From Macrostomum hystrix (lineage: Eukaryota; Animalia; Platyhelminthes), in contig CATNEN010000037.1 of the NCBI GenBank assembly GCA_950097015.1, positions 1,736,001 to 1,800,000 of the forward strand: a stretch of DNA of 64,000 nucleotides. Reading direction: 5' to 3'. Each line of letters starts with the position of its first letter. Position 1 is the stretch's first letter. Shown one piece after another: positions 1 through 12,887 of the stretch. The notes beneath the pieces were generated by a model, which was given only the letters and a program-made list of their open reading frames with translations, searched no databases and was not told the DNA's origin. The position numbers and the translations under genes were made by a program.

Positions 1-1473
1 GCGCGCCAGTCGAAGGCGCCGGATTTTGCCACGCTAAGCGTATTCCAGGCTGTTAAGAAGCGAAAGCGAAATCCCTGGGAGGAGGCGGTCCGGTCCAGCG
101 TTTGTTTCCGCCCCACCCTGTGCCCGTGCCCGCGGCTCAGCCGGACCGACCAGGAGAAACTCACGGCCGACTGGGCGCAAGTCGCGGAGCTGCAGAGTAG
201 GGCACTCTCTGGCGGAGGGCTGGTAAGAGTTGGCAAAAAATCGAAGCTTAGATAAAACGGTTAGTCTCATGATAATAAGTCTGTGAAGCTTTCACAGAAC
301 CCAAGAACCCAGGACTGGATAGAAGCTTCCCTGAAACTTCATCGCAGACCTCGGCGCCGACTCGTTCCAAGCCGGCTGCGGGTGGCAATCCGCTTGGCCT
401 ACCATCGCGTCTGAACTCGGCGCTTCATCGTCTGGCCCGCGACCTGTTCGACGATATGCCATCGGCTTCCTCTGCTTCTGCGACGTCGTCTAGGAAGTCG
501 CTTGCGCCGACTGGTTCGTCGATTGACGAGACGCCGCAACAGTCGCCGATTTTCATCACCCAGATGGGCGGCCAGTTGCGAGGCTCCGGCGAGCTGGTGT
601 TCGATTTTGAAAGGCGAAGGAGCGACAGTCGGAGACGAGAGAAGGAGCAGGTGCGAGGCTCGGAATGTGTCAAGTTCAATTTATTAACCGTAGAAATACC
701 GCGGGGCATTTCAAATACCCACTTCCCAACAGCTCCCAAACCGAATGACCGATTTTTGTGAAATTCCACCAAATGGATCAACTTTTTCCGCCATTTAACG
801 ATTAACTAAATTTCAAAGCCGTCCGAGTCAACATCGTCGAGATAATCAGCGATTCTTGTCGAAGACCCTGGTGACATGGACAGCTCATATTTGCATAAAC
901 CTTTTTGGCCAATCCATACTGGTTCAACAATGCAATATAATCAACAATAATAGCGTATATGGCTACATTATGAAATTAAAAGTGAAAATGTGTGTTTTTG
1001 CAATTACCTACCGTGGCTTTTCTTCTGTCAATAGACACCTTAGTTTAATTAGAGAGTTCAAGCCGCATTTGTCCATTTCGTATACGAAAATATTGAACTA
1101 TTTATCTCACTACTCAAAGTAGGCGGCTTTTTTATTTTTTAAGGCGGCACGCAAACAGCAGGTGGACCGCGCCCTGACCAGCATCTACCAGCTGCTGGAT
1201 GGCAGACGAGCGACCGGCCAGCCGCAACTTCGATCAGTCAACAACCGGCGTCAGGCGCCAGACAGCTTCGATCCTGGCGTCGCTAATGCATATAGGCAAG
1301 ATGATGAAAATGATGAAGATGAAGATTCGTTGGCCGACAAGCAGGTGAGCTTTTCAACATGCAAGACAGCGGAGAGTCTGCAGATCCTGACCAAGGCCCG
1401 ACGAGTCGTTGTCACGCGGCGTCGATTGAACCGTCGTGGCAGCGACGTCGACGAGCAACCAGTTCCGGTGTGA
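1..1473 (+). CDS. 3' part of an uncharacterised multi-exon gene (exons <1-222, 348-650, 1144-1473)
   Basis: Frame 1 is open from base 1 to donor CTG|GTAAGA (223). Acceptor CATCGCAG| (347) and donor CAG|GTGCGA (651) bound exon 2, and acceptor TTTTAAG| (1143) opens exon 3. All joins are phase 0 and give one ORF (...GGL|TSAP...KEQ|AARKQQVDRAL...) ending at TGA 1473. No domain recognised. Confidence 0.7.
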
Positions 1474-1988
1474 AAATTAATAGAAAAAATAGGATTATAG
1501 TTTTGTATATGAGCAATTTTGATGAAACATCTTCCCCACGAGCGGCATATATTTTAACATACGCTTACGAATTAGATCATTTGTGGTAATATTTTAATTA
1601 CCATAGACACTTAATTCTCTTGCCAAAAAACGCTAAATTTGAATTTACAAATATAGTTGTCTACGGCTTACTTTCTCGTGTGAATTCAAACGCTTGGCCC
1701 TAGAATTCCATGGGCCGTTCCGTTTTGCATGTCCACTGTTCCACATAGCGCGACAAAAGCAATGTTACACTCATTCTATTCCCAATAAACGCTATTATAT
1801 AATACTCGTAGTTTTGTTTGTCTGTTCTTCTGTTGTTTATGGCAGAAATACCTCGGACGTGATTTTCTAAGGACCGGGTCCGTTATGAAATTCACGTTAT
1901 GAAGAAGCAACTGTATGTGCAGTATGCACATATCGATAGTCAAACACAATTTGTTAAATCAACAATGCCAATGCTAAAAATAGTCGCT

Positions 1989-3302
1989 TCAGACACCGCT
2001 GCCAACGTCGCCGTAGCCCATGATGCGGGCGAACTCCTCGTAGCTGACCAGCCCGTCGCGATCTGTGTCCGCCTCCTCGATCATGGCGTCAACCTGGAAT
2101 ATAAAGGGCCATGGACTGTACAGCTGTTTAGTCCGCGATGTGGAAGCTTCTAAAATAACAAAGCCAGGCCCTTTACCTCCTCCTTAGTGAGTCGCTCGCC
2201 AAGGTTGAGCATGACTTGGCGCAGCTCAGCCGGGCTCAGGACTCCGTCGCCATCAGCGTCGAACAGTCTGAAGGCTCGGCGCAACTCCTCCTCGGAGTCG
2301 GCGTTGCGCATCTGCTTCTTCATCATTTCTAGGAATTCGTCGAACTCAATGCTGCCGGAGCCATCCTGGTCCACCTCCTTGATCATCTCCTGGGAGAGAT
2401 TTTTTATTGCAAATGTTGAAGACATTCTATGCCAAGCCTAGTGACAAAAAAGCCTAGTGACGCTTCGTGACACTATAGACCCGCAGCCAGCCAGGAGGCA
2501 ATTCTGCCCATTTCGCTGACTCCTGAGCACACACGCACACAGATACAGATACTGGCACACACTTACGTAGGTGTGTACATCTGCCCTGACTTTCTCATTG
2601 TCAAGCAGTGTACACTCTCACTGTGCCTTGAAGGTAGGCCCTTAAGGGTGGAAATTGCACGACAAGTCCCAAGCCTTCTATCCGCGGCCGCGCCCGAAAT
2701 GAATGTGATCTCGCCGCGGAATCGAGCTCAAGGACCTTGGTTCGAGAGGCAAACGCGTTTACGGCTCTACCACTCAACGCCTTAGGATGTGAATATTCTT
2801 AGCTTAACAATTTGTGGATTTTAAAAATATTATAATTGTATACATTCTGTTTTAAAAAGCCAAAATATTTCCTTTTAGAAGAAATAGCGAAAGCGGGAAA
2901 TTGTTACTAGCATCAGCTGCATGGGTTGAAATTTTGGTGGGTGCAGCAGCTCCCAGTTCATGCACTGAACAACTTTACGCAGCCTTTAGAAGCGCCGAGC
3001 AATAGTTGCTGCTGTACCCCTGACTGTACATGAGGCCCTACTAAGTCTTGGTTTCATTTCTCTTCTATCCACCAGTCCGTGGACTGGGGGACCCAACACC
3101 CACCTAAATTTCTCCTACCACGGTCAGAAGTCCGAAGCTGGCTCACCTTGAGCTCATCCGGGGTCGGCTGTTGCCCCAGAGCTCGCATCACCACGGCCAG
3201 CTCCTTGTTGGTGATGGCTCCATCGCCGTCTTTGTCGAATAGTGAGAAGGCCTCGCGAAATTCGGCCACCTGATCTTCGGTCAGCTCCTCGCTGCCGCTC
3301 AT
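1989..3302 (-). CDS. Calmodulin-like 4 EF-hand protein, 157 aa (exons 3302-3147, 2389-2177, 2093-1989)
   Basis: EF-hand loops [36 protein letters not shown] and [16 protein letters not shown] phase 0 introns (AAG|GTGAGC, CCCAG|GAG, GAG|GTAAAG, TTCCAG|GTT). Clearly diverged from canonical calmodulin. Confidence 0.95.
2467..2782 (-). mobile_element. tRNA-derived SINE, family A (in calmodulin-like intron 1)
   Basis: Minus strand starts with A-box-like TGGTAGAGCCG and B-box-like GAGCTCGATTCC. The body aligns with copies at 38440-38762, 42895-43225 and a partial copy at 11857-11950. Confidence 0.8.
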
Positions 3303-4285
3303 GGTGGAACTGTGGAAAATTTCGATCCATGTGGTGGACTTTCCACGAAAATCACGTGAGAATACCGTGATAAAAAGTACTTACGTACTAAAGCCTTAAA
3401 AAAACAGTGAGCACTTGTTTTATCCTTGCGCCGGCAGGCACACAATGATTTAGACTCTGCTGCTGATTGTTCCTTCGATTTCTCTATAAAAATGGTCTAG
3501 TCTTCTGTCTGCTATTGTTGCAGAGCTCTGTGTGCTCAAATAGCGCTCGCTCTCTGTCTCTTCCACCCTGCCATTGGCTGGTGTCTGGTGTGCACATTGA
3601 AAGCGTGAGTGAACGAGTGTAGTACCAGGACTAGAGAGAGAATTGTGAGGCCTAAAATCAATGCTTTCTAGCAACGGCGAGAGGAAAAAATTAGAGGAAT
3701 CAATGGGGAATGAAAGGCGACTGTGGGTCGGTGGGTGTCCATTGTCCAGACTCAGACGTTGTATCCCCCGCTATTGTTGGCAGGACTGCCTGCGGAATTG
3801 AAAGAGAGTTTGCCAATTATAAATTGCGGATGAGAGCGGCCTAGCGAGTATAATTCAGCTGGCTACAATCGGGACATTGTAGTGGGCGACAAATTCAGTT
3901 GAATTTGAATCGGCCTTTATAGCCAATCTGAGTTTCAGGGCAGAGTCTAGTTTGCCTATTAAGCCCGACTTGACAGATTTGACTAAATGGTCAACATCAA
4001 GAGTCAAGAAAATATATTAGCAAAATTTACAAGCGTCTGTTTTGAATAAGTAAATAGTTGGCTTTGCCTCTGAAGCCTATTAAACAAGTCGAAAATGCTT
4101 CATAGTACAATATAAGTTCTATACTATTGTGGAGCGCACCATTTACAAATGCTTATTTAGTTCCAAAGCATAAATAAATCAGCAGCGGCCATCTCATAAA
4201 ATGTCCCCCTTCGCTGCAATGGTAGCTGAAAAGTCAGTTTTGCGTCCCACAAGAAATCAGCGTCCGCACAGATCGATCGTAAAAG

Positions 4286-6229
4286 ATGAGCAGCGAAGCA
4301 GCAGAGCAGCCTCCGACAATCTTCGACGCCGCTCTAACCAACTCGAAACGCGGCGTCGCTTTCGCCTTGGACACCTCAGGTAGCATGCACGCCAAGCTGG
4401 AGCCGGTGATCGATGAACTGGCGGAGGCCCTTAGTGGGCTACGACGAACCGGCCGAAAATTCCGTCTGATCCGCTTCGGTGCCGGTCTGGCCCAGAGCTG
4501 GCCGGGAAAGCGCGATGAGCAGGGGAAAAGTTGGAAGCTGAATGCGGATGCGGATGCGGATGCGGATGCGGATGCGGTATGTACCTGGCTACGTCGATGT
4601 GGCTGTCGTGGCGACTCGCGTGGTGCCCGTTCGGCTCTGCTGGCAGCCATCTCGGCCACCGGCTGCGACGCCGCCTGCCTGGTGACAGATGGCCTGCCGG
4701 ATTGGGCTCGACACGCCGACCTCAATGCTCTCGTGGCAGATGCGAGTCAATCAAGAAGACGCGTCCATTGCGTGTGCCCGGAGCTGTCTGGTGCGCCAGT
4801 GCAGTCGGGCCTGACGGACTTTCTGAACCGCCTGGCAGCCGCTACAGCCGGCTCCTTGACCATTGTCCGCATCGGTTTGAGCAGCGTCGGTGGCAACAGC
4901 CTGAACCGTGTTGGCCCGGCACTGCGGGTGTCGCACGCCTGGTCGGCAGTTTCTGATGATCATAGTCAGCAAGGAAGCAGACGGTATCCAGTCACTGCAG
5001 CACTAACCGGCGATCCGTTGATCAATGCCAAACCGTGGATCAAATTTCTGCCTTGCCGTCGATCACCGCCACGTCCGACATCGCCACCGCAGCAGCGATC
5101 GGAGGAGGCACAGTCGGTCGCTGCGGACACCCTGCTGGGCCGGCGGGTCCTCGCCAGGCGCCAATCGGGCGGCCAGCTGTTTGAGGGAATCGTGCGCGAC
5201 AGGCGAGGCTGCTATCGGGTTTGTTGAATCAGTTGAATCAGCTGTTCTAGCGGTTCCCTAGCGGTTCTAGTTTAATCATTAGCATTTATTAATTAGCTTA
5301 CTTTTATCTTTTTTTCTGTATCTCAAAAAGTAATCAACCAATCGCCATGAAAATCCGGAACACGGGCTAAATTTTTCCTCTCTTTCCGATGAAACAAATT
5401 CCCGAATCACAAAACATCGGCATCGTCGAGATATCCAACGATTTATACTAAGTAATGTTTGTTGTCCTTGTCACCAGGGATGAATCGACAAGAATTGATG
5501 CTGACTCGGACGTCTTTGAAAGTTATTTAATCGCAATGGGTGGAAGCATTTGGTTCTCATGGTGGACTTTCACGAAAATCGGTTATTCGGTTTGGGACCT
5601 ATCGTGAAGTCCGCAGTGGACCGTATTTGAAATTTCTACTTTTAAGCCATTGAGCAAGACACTGATTCCTCATTGCTTTAGTTCACTCGTACACAGTTGC
5701 GGCTAGGTCACTGGCTCTACACCTATACACCCTGCTAGGTGTAACGTCAATTCTATCGTTTTTCATTCGCAAGTATTATTTTCAGACCACGGGCACTCCA
5801 ATCTACCGGGTGGAGTTCGGTCCGTTTGAGGCCCGGGGTTTCGCAGTGCACGATTATCGCTCGGTGCCTCTCTTCGACATCATCAGCCTCGACGACGCCC
5901 TGCAGCGAAGTATCCGACCCGGCGATCGCGTGCTTTCAAAGGCCCCTGCGGCACCAGTGACGAGATCGTCAGCTTCAAAACTGATAACAAAGACTGCCAA
6001 GAGTAGTCCATACTTGACGGCCAGGGTCCTGCGCGGAGTCGACGATGGGCACTCGGTGACAAAGTTAGTTGTCGCGTTTGACGACGTTGAAGCCACTGGA
6101 GGGGTTGGTACCGCTGTTGTGTCCTCGGATAAAGTGGTCCGCATCGATGACCGACTGCATCATCAGCTGGGGCTGGAGGCTGCCTACAGGTGCACTCGAT
6201 GCCCGGCTTCAGCAGCCGCGTCAATGTAG
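4286..6229 (+). CDS. VWA-domain + DUF4537/Tudor-like protein (VWA3B/C11orf16-like); exons 4286-5218, 5786-6229
   Basis: MIDAS-type DTSGSM and VTDGLPD motifs, followed by GRRVLARR..G..FEGIV and FDIISLDDAL..I.PGDRVL, which resemble DUF4537. Phase 0 intron CGG|GTTTGT ... TTTTCAG|ACC. The 3' end is uncertain (possible donor at 6190). Confidence 0.75.
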
Positions 6230-6406
6230 AACACTGCAACCAAGCTTTTTGCGAGCCCTGCGAGCCCTGTTTTAGCTTGAAACATTTTATCAAAGGCTTC
6301 TGGCGGTCGAACATTTTTCTAAGAGTATTATTTATTCGTGGTTTCATTTCCGAGCAACACCTTGTATAGTGAGAATATTATAATTCGATTTATTTAAATC
6401 CTTAGA

Positions 6407-8740
6407 TCTGGTCTGCGGAATCTAGAGAGCCTCAGTGAATCTGGTGTGAGGAATCTAGAGAACCTCAGTGAATCTGGTGTGAGGAATCTAGAGAGCCTCA
6501 GTGAATCTGGTGTGAGGAATCTAGAGAGCCTCAGTGAATCTGGTGTGAGGAATCTAGAGAACCTCAGTGAATCTGGTGTGAGGAATCTAGAGAGCCTCAG
6601 TGAATCTGGTGTGAGGAATCTAGAGAACCTCAGTGAATCTGGTGTGAGGAATCTAGAGAGCCTCAGTGAATCTGGTGTGAGGAATCTAGAGAACCTCAGT
6701 GAATCTGGTGTGAGGAATCTAGAGAGCCTCAGTGAATCTGGTGTGAGGAATTTAGAGAACCTCAGTGAATCTGGTGTGAGGAATCTAGAGAACCTCGGTG
6801 AATCTGGTGTGAGGAATCTAGAGAGCCTCAGTGAATCTGGTGTGAGGAATTTAGAGAACCTCAGTGAATCTGGTGTGAGGAATCTAGAGAGCCTCGGTGA
6901 ATCTGGTGTGAGGAATCTAGAGAACCTCAGTGAATCTGGTGTGAGTTATCTAGAGAACCTCAGTGAATCTGGTGTGAGGAATCTAGAGAACCTCAGTGAA
7001 TCTGGTGTGAGTTATCTAGAGAACCTCAGTGAATCTGGTGTGAGGAATCTAGAGAACCTCAGTGAATCTGGTGTGAGTTATCTAGAGAACCTCAGTGAAT
7101 CTGGTGTGAGGAATCTAGAAAACCTCAGTGAATCTGGTGTGAGGAATCTAGAGAACCTCAGTGAATCTGGTGTGAGGAATCTAGAGAGCCTCAGTGAATC
7201 TGGTGTGAGGAATCTAGAGAACCTCAGTGAATCTGGTGTGAGGAATCTAGAGAACCTCAGTGAATCTGGTGTGAGGAATCTAGAGAACCTCAGTGAATCT
7301 GGTGTGAGGAATCTAGAGAGCCTCAGTGAATCTGGTGTGAGGAATCTAGAGAGCCTCAGTGAATCTGGTGTGAGGAATCTAGAGAGCCTCAGTGAATCTG
7401 GTGTGAGGAATCTAGAGAGCCTCAGTGAATCTGGTGTGAGGAATCTAGAGAGCCTCAGTGAATCTGGTGTGAGGAATCTAGAGAGCCTCAGTGAATCTGG
7501 TGTGAGGAATCTAGAGAGCCTCAGTGAATCTGGTGTGAGGAATCTAGAGAACCTCAGTGAATCTGGTGTGAGGAATCTAGAGAGCCTCAGTGAATCTGGT
7601 GTGAGGAATCTAGAGAACCTCAGTGAATCTGGTGTGAGTTATCTAGAGAACCTCAGTGAATCTGGTGTGAGGAATCTAGAGAACCTCAGTGAATCTGGTG
7701 TGAGGAATCTAGAGAACCTCAGTGAATCTGGTGTGAGGAATCTAGAGAGCCTCAGTGAATCTGGTGTGAGGAATTTAGAGAAACTCAGTGAATCTGGTGT
7801 GAGGAATCTAGAGAGCCTCAGTGAATCTGGTGTGAGGAATCTAGAGAACCTCAGTGAATCTGGTGTGAGGAATCTAGAGAGCCTCAGTGAATCTGGTGTG
7901 AGGAATCTAGAGAGCCTCAGTGAATCTGGTGTGAGGAATCTAGAGAGCCTCAGTGAATCTGGTGTGAGGAATCTAGAGAGCCTCAGTGAATCTGGTGTGA
8001 GGAATCTAGAGAGCCTCAGTGAATCTGGTGTGAGGAATCTAGAGAGCCTCAGTGAATCTGGTGTGAGGAATCTAGAGAGCCTCAGTGAATCTGGTGTGAG
8101 GAATCTAGAGAGCCTCAGTGAATCTGGTGTGAGGAATCTAGAGAACCTCAGTGAATCTGGTGTGAGGAATCTAGAGAGCCTCAGTGAATCTGGTGTGAGG
8201 AATTTAGAGAACCTCAGTGAATCTGGTGTGAGGAATCTAGAGAACCTCAGTGAATCTGGTGTGAGGAATCTAGAGAACCTCAGTGAATCTGGTGTGAGGA
8301 ATCTAGAGAGCCTCGGTGAATCTGGTGTGAGGAATCTAGAGAACCTCAGTGAATCTGGTGTGAGGAATCTAGAGAACCTCGGTGAATCTGGTGTGAGGAA
8401 TCTAGAGAACCTCAGTGAATCTGGTGTGAGTTATCTAGAGAACCTCAGTGAATCTGGTGTGAGGAATCTAGAGAACCTCAGTGAATCTGGTGTGAGTTAT
8501 CTAGAGAACCTCAGTGAATCTTGTGTGAGGAATCTAGAGAACCTCAGTGAATCTGGTGTGAGTTATCTAGAGAACCTCAGTGAATCTGGTGTGAGGAATC
8601 TAGAGAACCTCAGTGAATCTGGTGTGAGGAATCTAGAGAACCTCAGTGAATCTGGTGTGAGGAATCCAGAGAGCCTCGGTGAATCTGGTGTGAGGAATCT
8701 AGAGAACCTCAGTGAATCTGGTGTGAGGAATCTAGAGAAC
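6407..8740 (+). repeat. 33-bp tandem array (AGGAATCTAGAGAACCTCAGTGAATCTGGTGTG), ~70 copies
   Basis: Directly visible. The unit is a multiple of 3 and stop-free, which produces the 805-aa RNLENLSESGV ORF. Confidence 0.97.
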
Positions 8741-9691
8741 CAGATGGAATACCTTGAGGTGTGTATTTTAAAGCAATCGTCCCAGAATCGACTTTTTCGT
8801 CCAAATCTGCACAATCAAACTACCTTGCTAGTCTTTCATACAGGTGTTAGTTATAGTATCTAGTTGCTTTCAGCCAGGCTGGTGTGAGCAAATATTTGAC
8901 GTGCACATATCATCCTTCAATATGGTTGGTGTCGCCTGTTATTATCGAAGCTACAGTTGAAACATGTTTTTCGTACTAGTCACGATCATAGAATGTTAAG
9001 GCAATTGTTGCTATTGATTTTTATAATTTGGTGTGATGAGCAATTGGGACTCCCCAAATACTTTGTTCCCCAAACTTGCTGATCCCGAAACTACCATATC
9101 ATAAACGCTTGGATGTGACTCTGAAATCCTAAAGTAGCATGACTTCATGAATCACAAGGACCCCTGAGTCCCAATCCCCTTATGTCATTGAAAAACGAAA
9201 AAGTACATCTGTTGAGTGAAGTCCTACATGGTTTTGTCCTTGCTGGACTTCATAAATATACATTTTTTCATATAACATTGAAACAATAAACAAATGTAAA
9301 TTGAATTTAAAATTGCTAAGCTAAAGATTCTCAGAAAAAATGTTTATGATGTAATATTCGATTTATCTGCACTCACAGTAGTATAGCATGCATATAACCA
9401 ATCACCATGAAATTCATATGGAGTCGAGGGTGTTACAATTTCGTAAGTATTCGTAAGTAGTCACATAGCCAGTGGTGACTGCTGGAACTGAGTGAGTGAG
9501 CTACAATGATATGCTTTAGATAAATCCACTATAAACATTTAAATCTTGCTAATCTAAACTGTACTAAACTCAAAACTATTGCTAGTCAGAAACTAAGCCC
9601 CGCAATAATTGCTAGTGCTGTTCTAAAACAATTAATTTTTATTTAGAAGGACTACTCACTGCAAAACCATTATTTTTGGGGTCTACAGGGC

Positions 9692-10030
9692 GTCCCCTGA
9701 TCTTGCAGTGAGTCCCCTGATCTTGCAGTGAGTCCCCTGATCTTGCAGTGAGTCCCCTGATCTTGCAGTGAGTCCCCTGATCTTGCAGTGAGTCCCCTGA
9801 TCTTGCAGTGAGTCCCCTGATCTTTCAGTGAGTCCCCTGATCTTGCAGTGAGTCCCCTGATCTTGCAGTGAGTCCCCTGATCTTGCAGTGAGTCCCCTGA
9901 TCTTGCAGTGAGTCCCTGATCTTTCAGTGAGTCCCCTGATCTTGCAGTGAGTCCCCTGATCTTGCAGTGAGTCCCCTGATCTTGCAGTGAGTCCCTGATC
10001 TTTCAGTGAGTCCCCTGATCTTGCAGTGAA
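9692..10030 (+). repeat. 20-bp tandem array (GTCCCCTGATCTTGCAGTGA), ~17 copies
   Basis: Directly visible; same family as 12888-14729 and 18740-18928. Confidence 0.95.
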
Positions 10031-10252
10031 TGATCTGGTCCTTCAGTGATTGCCTTTCCAGTCAGTCTCTACATTAGACCGGAAAAAGTGTGGCCCTTAC
10101 TTTTAGTCTCTGAAGATTCTAAATTTATTGTTTTTTCAGCTTAGTCTTGGAAAGTTTTTAGGGAAAAAATTTAAACAATGTTTCGTAGGGACAGAAAGTA
10201 ATAAAACAGTGACGGAAGTAAAACATTCCTGTAAGTAGCAGAAAACTGCTCC

Positions 10253-11650
10253 TCACTTTCCCTCCATCAGCTGCACCTTCTTCAGCAGCAGTAGGCTCCT
10301 GTCGCAGTCGGGCAGCTCAGCGAATGCGGCGTCCTTGTCCAGGTCGGCCAGCGACATGCGGGCGAATAGCGGCGTGGCGCAGTCCTCCATCTGCCGGCTG
10401 GCATGCCGTCTGGCCAGCAGGAACCCGCGGACTGGCGACATTCTGCCGGCCCGCATGCCGGCCACCAGGACCCGCTCAGCCGTGGCCTTCAGGTTGGGCA
10501 CCTGAGAACAGTGGATGACAATAGTAGTAAGAATAGTTTTGGCAATCGATATTTCTAATGCGAGCTACTTATTAAAAGCAACAAATTTTCTATTTTGGTT
10601 TGACATTTACCAACTTAGGGATAATATGACTGCAAGGGGATAGGTTTCTAACATAGGGATAATTTTTCAACTGGTTGGATAATTTGCTGACTGCATTATA
10701 GTTCGCCAACTAAGCCAATAACCTTTCTCTTTTCTTTCCTTTTTTCCTCTCCAAAGGGGGGCTAACTTTGCTAGTCTAATATACTAAAATATACAACTGC
10801 TTGCCTGCTTGCTTCCTTGTTTGCAATCTCCCGAACGGCTCAATCAATTTTCTCCTTTCCTTCACCAAAAGATGTCAAAAAGCTCGAATCGGTACATGTA
10901 TTTTTATTAAGTTTAATTTCATTAGTAAGGGGATTAAGGCCACCGGAGAGTGACTAAATGTATTTTATTCTAAAATTCGAATACCGCATCGCAAAACGAA
11001 GTCAGTACATCCTACTTATTTAGCTCACTATGGCTTTATAGAAACATAATGCATCAGCATCAGGTGCAACAGCAAACCTTGAACTCGTCAGCCAGGGCTA
11101 GCATTGCCGGAGCCGCCTCAACTGCCAGACGGGACTTGCTGCCCGGATACAACAGGCCCAGGAACAGTTGGACATCCTCGTAGCGCTTGCCCATCAACCG
11201 GATTGGGGCGTCCCGACTGTCTGAGATTTTGGCCTTGAAATACTCGGACTGACAGCTCAGGCACTCTGGAAAAGCGTACAACTTTTTGTCCTCCACAACC
11301 AGCTCCAGACTGTTGCAGCTGCTGCCGTCGCCGCCTCGCCTAGTGAAATCCGGCGTAGGATTCGAACCCTCAATGCGCTGCAGCAGCGGACTGGATGGCT
11401 CGAAGATAAGCGCAACGACGTGCAGGTCCATCTTCAGCCTGTAGGCGTCTGGAGCCTCCTCAGCCTTCTGGATGGCCGTCTGGCGAACACGCAATGCTAG
11501 GAACTCGTACTCGGATTCAACCTGGAACAGGTTGCCGCTGGCCAGCTTGGCAACCTCCCAGGCGTTCTTGTCGGTGCGGTACTGCGGCTCCAGCAGCAGG
11601 TGGACCCGGCGGAGTGGCTCCAGCAGGGACAGCTTCAGGCGGAACTCCAA
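10253..11650 (-). CDS. BTB/POZ-domain protein (exons ~11651-11078 and 10501-10253; 5' exons unresolved, candidates 11700-12230)
   Basis: LELVVEDKKLYAFPECLSCQSEYFKA...F..LLYP...LALADEFK|VPNLKATAERVL is a BTB fold. Phase 0 intron AAG|GTTTGC ... TTCTCAG|GTG. Confidence 0.8.
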
Positions 11651-11856
11651 CCTGCGATGTTGGCGGTTTGTGTGGAGCTCACTTTCCTACTCATTCAATC
11701 ACCGGCTCACTCCAGATGGCGGAGAGGAGGCATTGTTGAAGCGATTGTCCAACTTAAGCCAGGCACTCTGGATTAAGACTGTGGGCCAGTCAACCTCAAG
11801 GCCCAGTGAGAGTGAAAACTGCGCAAAATGAAACTATCAGGTTAGATGTACACACC

Positions 11857-11950
11857 TGAGTGAGTGTGTGTCTGTAAGTATGGTATCTGCGTGCGTGTGT
11901 TCTGGAGTCTGAGAAATTAGCAAAATTGCCTCCTCGTTGGCTGCGGATCT
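11857..11950 (+). mobile_element. 3' fragment of SINE family A
   Basis: GTATCTGCGTGCGTGTGTTCTGGAGTC...AATTGCCTCCTCGTTGGCTGCGG matches the 3' part of the copy at 38440-38762. Confidence 0.6.
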
Positions 11951-12887
11951 ACGAGCTACATTACATTTATTTTAAACTCACTCACCAGCTATCCTCCTTC
12001 TTGATGCACTGACCGCTAATCAACAGGTGTCCCGGCGCCTGACGGTGCTCCTCGGACAGCGCCACGGAGCCGCTGTTAGCGCACAGGTCGGCCAGGAGGG
12101 CTGGCTGGGTGGCGACACCGTTCAATGGCAGCAGGATGCTGGCCCTCAGGGGGCTGGCAAAAGGAATGCTCTGTCTGGAGCCGCTGCTGCCATTTCCCGG
12201 GCCATTGGGACTGGATGGAGACTGTAGCATCGTTGGTGTCTAAAGCCGTCTAGTTTGCTGACAGATTCGCCGACTTGCGTGACTCAAACGAGTGACCTGT
12301 AGATCCCCTTACTGGGAGCTGTTGATTTCTCATACGCTGCCAGTCAGCGGGGCAGAGAAGGGGTGGGTTAGACTCCGAGGTAGGAGAGAGAATATACCCG
12401 GAGAGGATCGATATATTTTATTGATTCCCATTCACTGAAGCCGGTCAGTCAGGCTAAGGGAGAGAATGGTAAGGCTGAATATCTGTACAGTTTAACTACT
12501 GAACAGTTCAGATCCTTGATCGAGGGCGAACGGAAAAATGAAAAGAAAATTGTGGAGATACTGAAATCGGAACACAAGTATTCCCCACCTGCTGCACTCA
12601 ACATATAGACCAACGCAAGCTTTGGTGCCTTGATATTTTGAAAGCACAATGATAGCATGCGCTCAGCGCAATGTTACTTGCAAAATGCTCATTGCTGTGC
12701 ATGATCCTGTGCATTCACTCAATGCTCATTGGGTAAAGCTATTCGCCGTTTGTAAAACTTCCATAGTTTCTCATCATATCATATCTCGTAAAAAGCAGCT
12801 TTTTATTAAAGAAATTAAAAATGGCAGCAATTAATTTTAGAGAAAACAATTTTCTATTCCATTCACAGGTAACTATACCACATACAA

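Noticed and set aside
3328-5612. Shared 23-bp motif CATGGTGGACTTTCACGAAAATC near 3328 and 5558, with a small inverted repeat at 5564-5610
   Set aside because: Only two short copies; probably a decayed repeat fragment, too little to define an element.
11660-12230. Joining the 12230-11985 ORF to the BTB exon
   Set aside because: Every acceptor I tried after the phase 2 donor produced a stop, so the 5' structure is left unresolved.
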